Made by a program: the position numbers and the translations under genes
Notes under the pieces: generated by a model
What the model was told of the DNA's origin: nothing
The model's input: only the letters and a program-made list of their open reading frames with translations
The model's database searches: none
Source: an uncultured Verrucomicrobiae bacterium
GTDB lineage: Bacteria; Verrucomicrobiota; Verrucomicrobiia; Chthoniobacterales; UBA10450
Assembly: GCA_963801815.1 (NCBI GenBank)
Contig: CAWDGJ010000001.1
Span: forward strand, 224,001 to 288,000
DNA length: 64,000 nt
Reading direction: 5' to 3'
Shown here: piece after piece, positions 61,991 through 64,000 of the stretch
Numbering within the stretch: position 1 is the first letter of the stretch
Layout: every line of letters starts with the position of its first letter

Positions 61991-62122
61991 AAATTCGGAA
62001 ATTCGAAATCCGAAACAATATCGAACGTCAAGATACGAATGTTCGAAAGCTTGCTGCCGGGTACGTTTTGCATTTCAAGTATTCTGGTTTGTTTCGAGTT
62101 TCGAACCTCGGATTTCGAATTT
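61991..62122. repeat. Heptamer-based inverted repeat between convergent genes
   Basis: AAATTCGAAATCCGA (61999-62013) and its exact reverse complement at 62108-62122. Confidence 0.75.
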
Positions 62123-62876
62123 AACCAACGTCGTTACCCGTAAGAATTTTGTCCGCGTCCGCCAGCGTTTCCTTGCTGCCAATGTCCAGCCAGCGTCCCT
62201 TGATCTCGAAAGTACTCACCGGTTGGCGCGTATACAACCATTGCAGGAAAAGTCCGGGCTGGTCCGGATTATTCCCGGCGGCCAGATAGGTTGTGACCAT
62301 CGACAACACCTCGCGCGAGTAATAGTAAAGCGCGATTGCGGCGAGTGTGCTCTTTGGTTGCTTCGGTTTTTCTTCGAAGTTCGTGATCACGCCGTTTTTG
62401 TCGACTGTGACGGTTCCGTATTTTTTCATCGCTTCGAGATCTCCGACATCATGCACCGCAACGGTGACCGGTGATTTTTGGGCGACGCTAACGAACTCAT
62501 TCAGTGACTGCTCGAACAAATTATCGCCCGCGATGACAAGCAAATCCTCGTTCGCCAGATTTTCCCGGGTCAGCACGAGATTGATATCGCCAATCGCGCC
62601 GAGCTTATCGTCGTCGCTGGTTGACCCGTCGTTGATGATTTTGATCTGCATTCTGGGGTGGCGTTCCTGGTAAGCGTTCGCCCAATTCTGAAAATCCTTC
62701 GCGAACCTGTTGTTGGTTACGATAAAAACCGTCCCCAGGCCTGAAACGGTGAGAAGATTGTCGAATAGCCATTCGATCATCGGTTTGCCGCCAACTTCCA
62801 AAAGAGGTTTCGCTTTATTCAAAGTCAGTGGGTAAAGCCGCGTCGCATATCCGGCCGCGAGAATGAGCGCGTTCAT
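62121..62876 (-). CDS. Nucleotidyltransferase (NTP_transferase family)
   Basis: LAAGYATRLYPLT..KAKPLL, AGDNL, FEEKP, WLDIG. Confidence 0.92.
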   Translation of the reverse strand: MNALILAAGYATRLYPLTLNKAKPLLEVGGKPMIEWLFDNLLTVSGLGTVFIVTNNRFAKDFQNWANAYQERHPRMQIKIINDGSTSDDDKLGAIGDINLVLTRENLANEDLLVIAGDNLFEQSLNEFVSVAQKSPVTVAVHDVGDLEAMKKYGTVTVDKNGVITNFEEKPKQPKSTLAAIALYYYSREVLSMVTTYLAAGNNPDQPGLFLQWLYTRQPVSTFEIKGRWLDIGSKETLADADKILTGNDVG

Positions 62877-62925
62877 GAGAAGTTCGGGACAATAGACGGA
62901 CGATCTGGATGCGCCACTGGAAGAA

Positions 62926-64000
62926 TTATCTCGCGGCGTCGCTCAGGATGGCGGCCCGCAGCCGTTCCTGAATGCCGGAAATTCGATTTGAGTCCGTAAT
63001 CTTGCGGCCGTTGCTGTCGCAAACATAAAACGTATCGATGGCTGCCCCTTTTTGAGTGCTGATCCGGGAAAGAGTGATGTTAACGCCTTCGCGTCCGAGT
63101 GCGCTCAGCAAGTCGTAAAGCAGCCCGATCCGATCAGGCGTTTCAATCTGAACGAGGGTATAAGCCGGATGTGCCTTGTTATCGATTGCGATTCCGGTTG
63201 GGAAATCGACTTCGTGCAAGCTCCGCCGCTGGATACTGCGTCTGGCTTGTTCGAGCAGCGGTCCAAATTCGAACGCTTCCGCTTCCAGAGCTTCGCGAAG
63301 CGTGTTCTCTACCCGGTCCCGATCGCGCTTCTCGCTGATTTCGCGTTCCTTCAAATCGCAAACCCGAAAAATTCCAAGCACGGCCTGATCCCCGCGCGGA
63401 AAAATATCCGCGCTCAGAATATTGAGCGGGACGACAGAGAACGATCCGGCGATCTTGGCGAGCAGGTCGTGTCGGTCCCAGGTGCAAAACGAAACGATGC
63501 TGTGCCCAAATTGCGGAAATGCCTCCCATGAAATTACAGGCTGCAGGGGATGTTCGTTCTCGGCCGAGGTGTTTTCGAAGAAAGACCGAAACAGACGAAG
63601 GTGTTTGACGATTTCGGGAACGTCAAAGGCGCGAAAATAATTGTCTGGCATGAAGTCGAAGTGAGCCTCGATCTCATCGGCGAAGTCGGACGGCAACTGA
63701 GCCGAGACTGCCGCCTGTAAGGTGTCGCGCTCGATTTTTGTTTGCTCGTGATACGATTTTTGGTCGGCAAGATACTGCGATGTCTCATGAAAGAGCTGCC
63801 AGACCAGGGATTCCTTCCAATCCGACCAACGCTGTCCGCTCGTTCCCTGACCGTCGGCCAAAGTGAGCAGCATTAGCGCTTGTAGATTTTTTTGGCTCCG
63901 AACAACGTTCGCAAATTCCACAACCGTTGCCGGGTCGTCGAGGTTCCGCTGCTGGGCGGTGTTGGAGAGCGTGATGTGATGATCGACCAGCAGGATCAGC
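62926..64000 (-). CDS. glnD: [Protein-PII] uridylyltransferase, partial (5' part outside window)
   Basis: End of HD region (LLTLAD..GT...WSDWK..L..L) plus two ACT domains (TWDRHDLLAKIAG and TPDRIGLLYDL..AIDTFYV). Confidence 0.9.
   Translation of the reverse strand, partial: LILLVDHHITLSNTAQQRNLDDPATVVEFANVVRSQKNLQALMLLTLADGQGTSGQRWSDWKESLVWQLFHETSQYLADQKSYHEQTKIERDTLQAAVSAQLPSDFADEIEAHFDFMPDNYFRAFDVPEIVKHLRLFRSFFENTSAENEHPLQPVISWEAFPQFGHSIVSFCTWDRHDLLAKIAGSFSVVPLNILSADIFPRGDQAVLGIFRVCDLKEREISEKRDRDRVENTLREALEAEAFEFGPLLEQARRSIQRRSLHEVDFPTGIAIDNKAHPAYTLVQIETPDRIGLLYDLLSALGREGVNITLSRISTQKGAAIDTFYVCDSNGRKITDSNRISGIQERLRAAILSDAAR

Overview
Bacterial chromosomal window, most likely a soil Verrucomicrobiota of the Chthoniobacterales / Ca. 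Udaeobacter type (inferred from gene content and repeat style, not searched). Many single-base frameshifts in ordinary genes point to an unpolished long-read assembly. (1) 367-21921 is an accessory region at tRNA-Leu(TAA). The 5' half of the tRNA, not the usual 3' half, is repeated (367-405 exact, 20429-20462 degenerate, intact gene 21837-21921). TTGCACA motif pairs and a repeated promoter-like block recur near the junctions, and no integrase is visible. The cargo is a highly reducing type I PKS cluster with a free-standing condensation domain, desaturase, AsnB, amidase and a MacB/Lol-type exporter. It also carries an attI-like site with one complete integron cassette and an unannotated 55-aa double-glycine peptide. 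(2) 21970-49077 is mostly housekeeping (ClpX-like ATPase, recR, glycogen/trehalose enzymes, tmk, holB, fabG, msrA, pgl, murJ, metB-like, gdhA). (3) 49161-56381 is a peptide-export locus: PpiC-related protein, 2x cNMP-C39 peptidase ABC transporter, HlyD and a sensor-less sigma-54 activator. It ends in three small peptides that share an atypical D(L/M)xP(K/R)x(D/N)xx(G/A)G leader, two with repetitive GxG cores, and no modifying enzyme is present. The orphan peptide at 21413-21580 has the same leader. (4) 56659-64000 holds fahA, a response regulator, tRNA-Ile2(CAT) (again with a duplicated 5' end, beside a GIY-YIG nuclease), two bactofilins, a nucleotidyltransferase and partial glnD. No CRISPR array or rRNA was seen.
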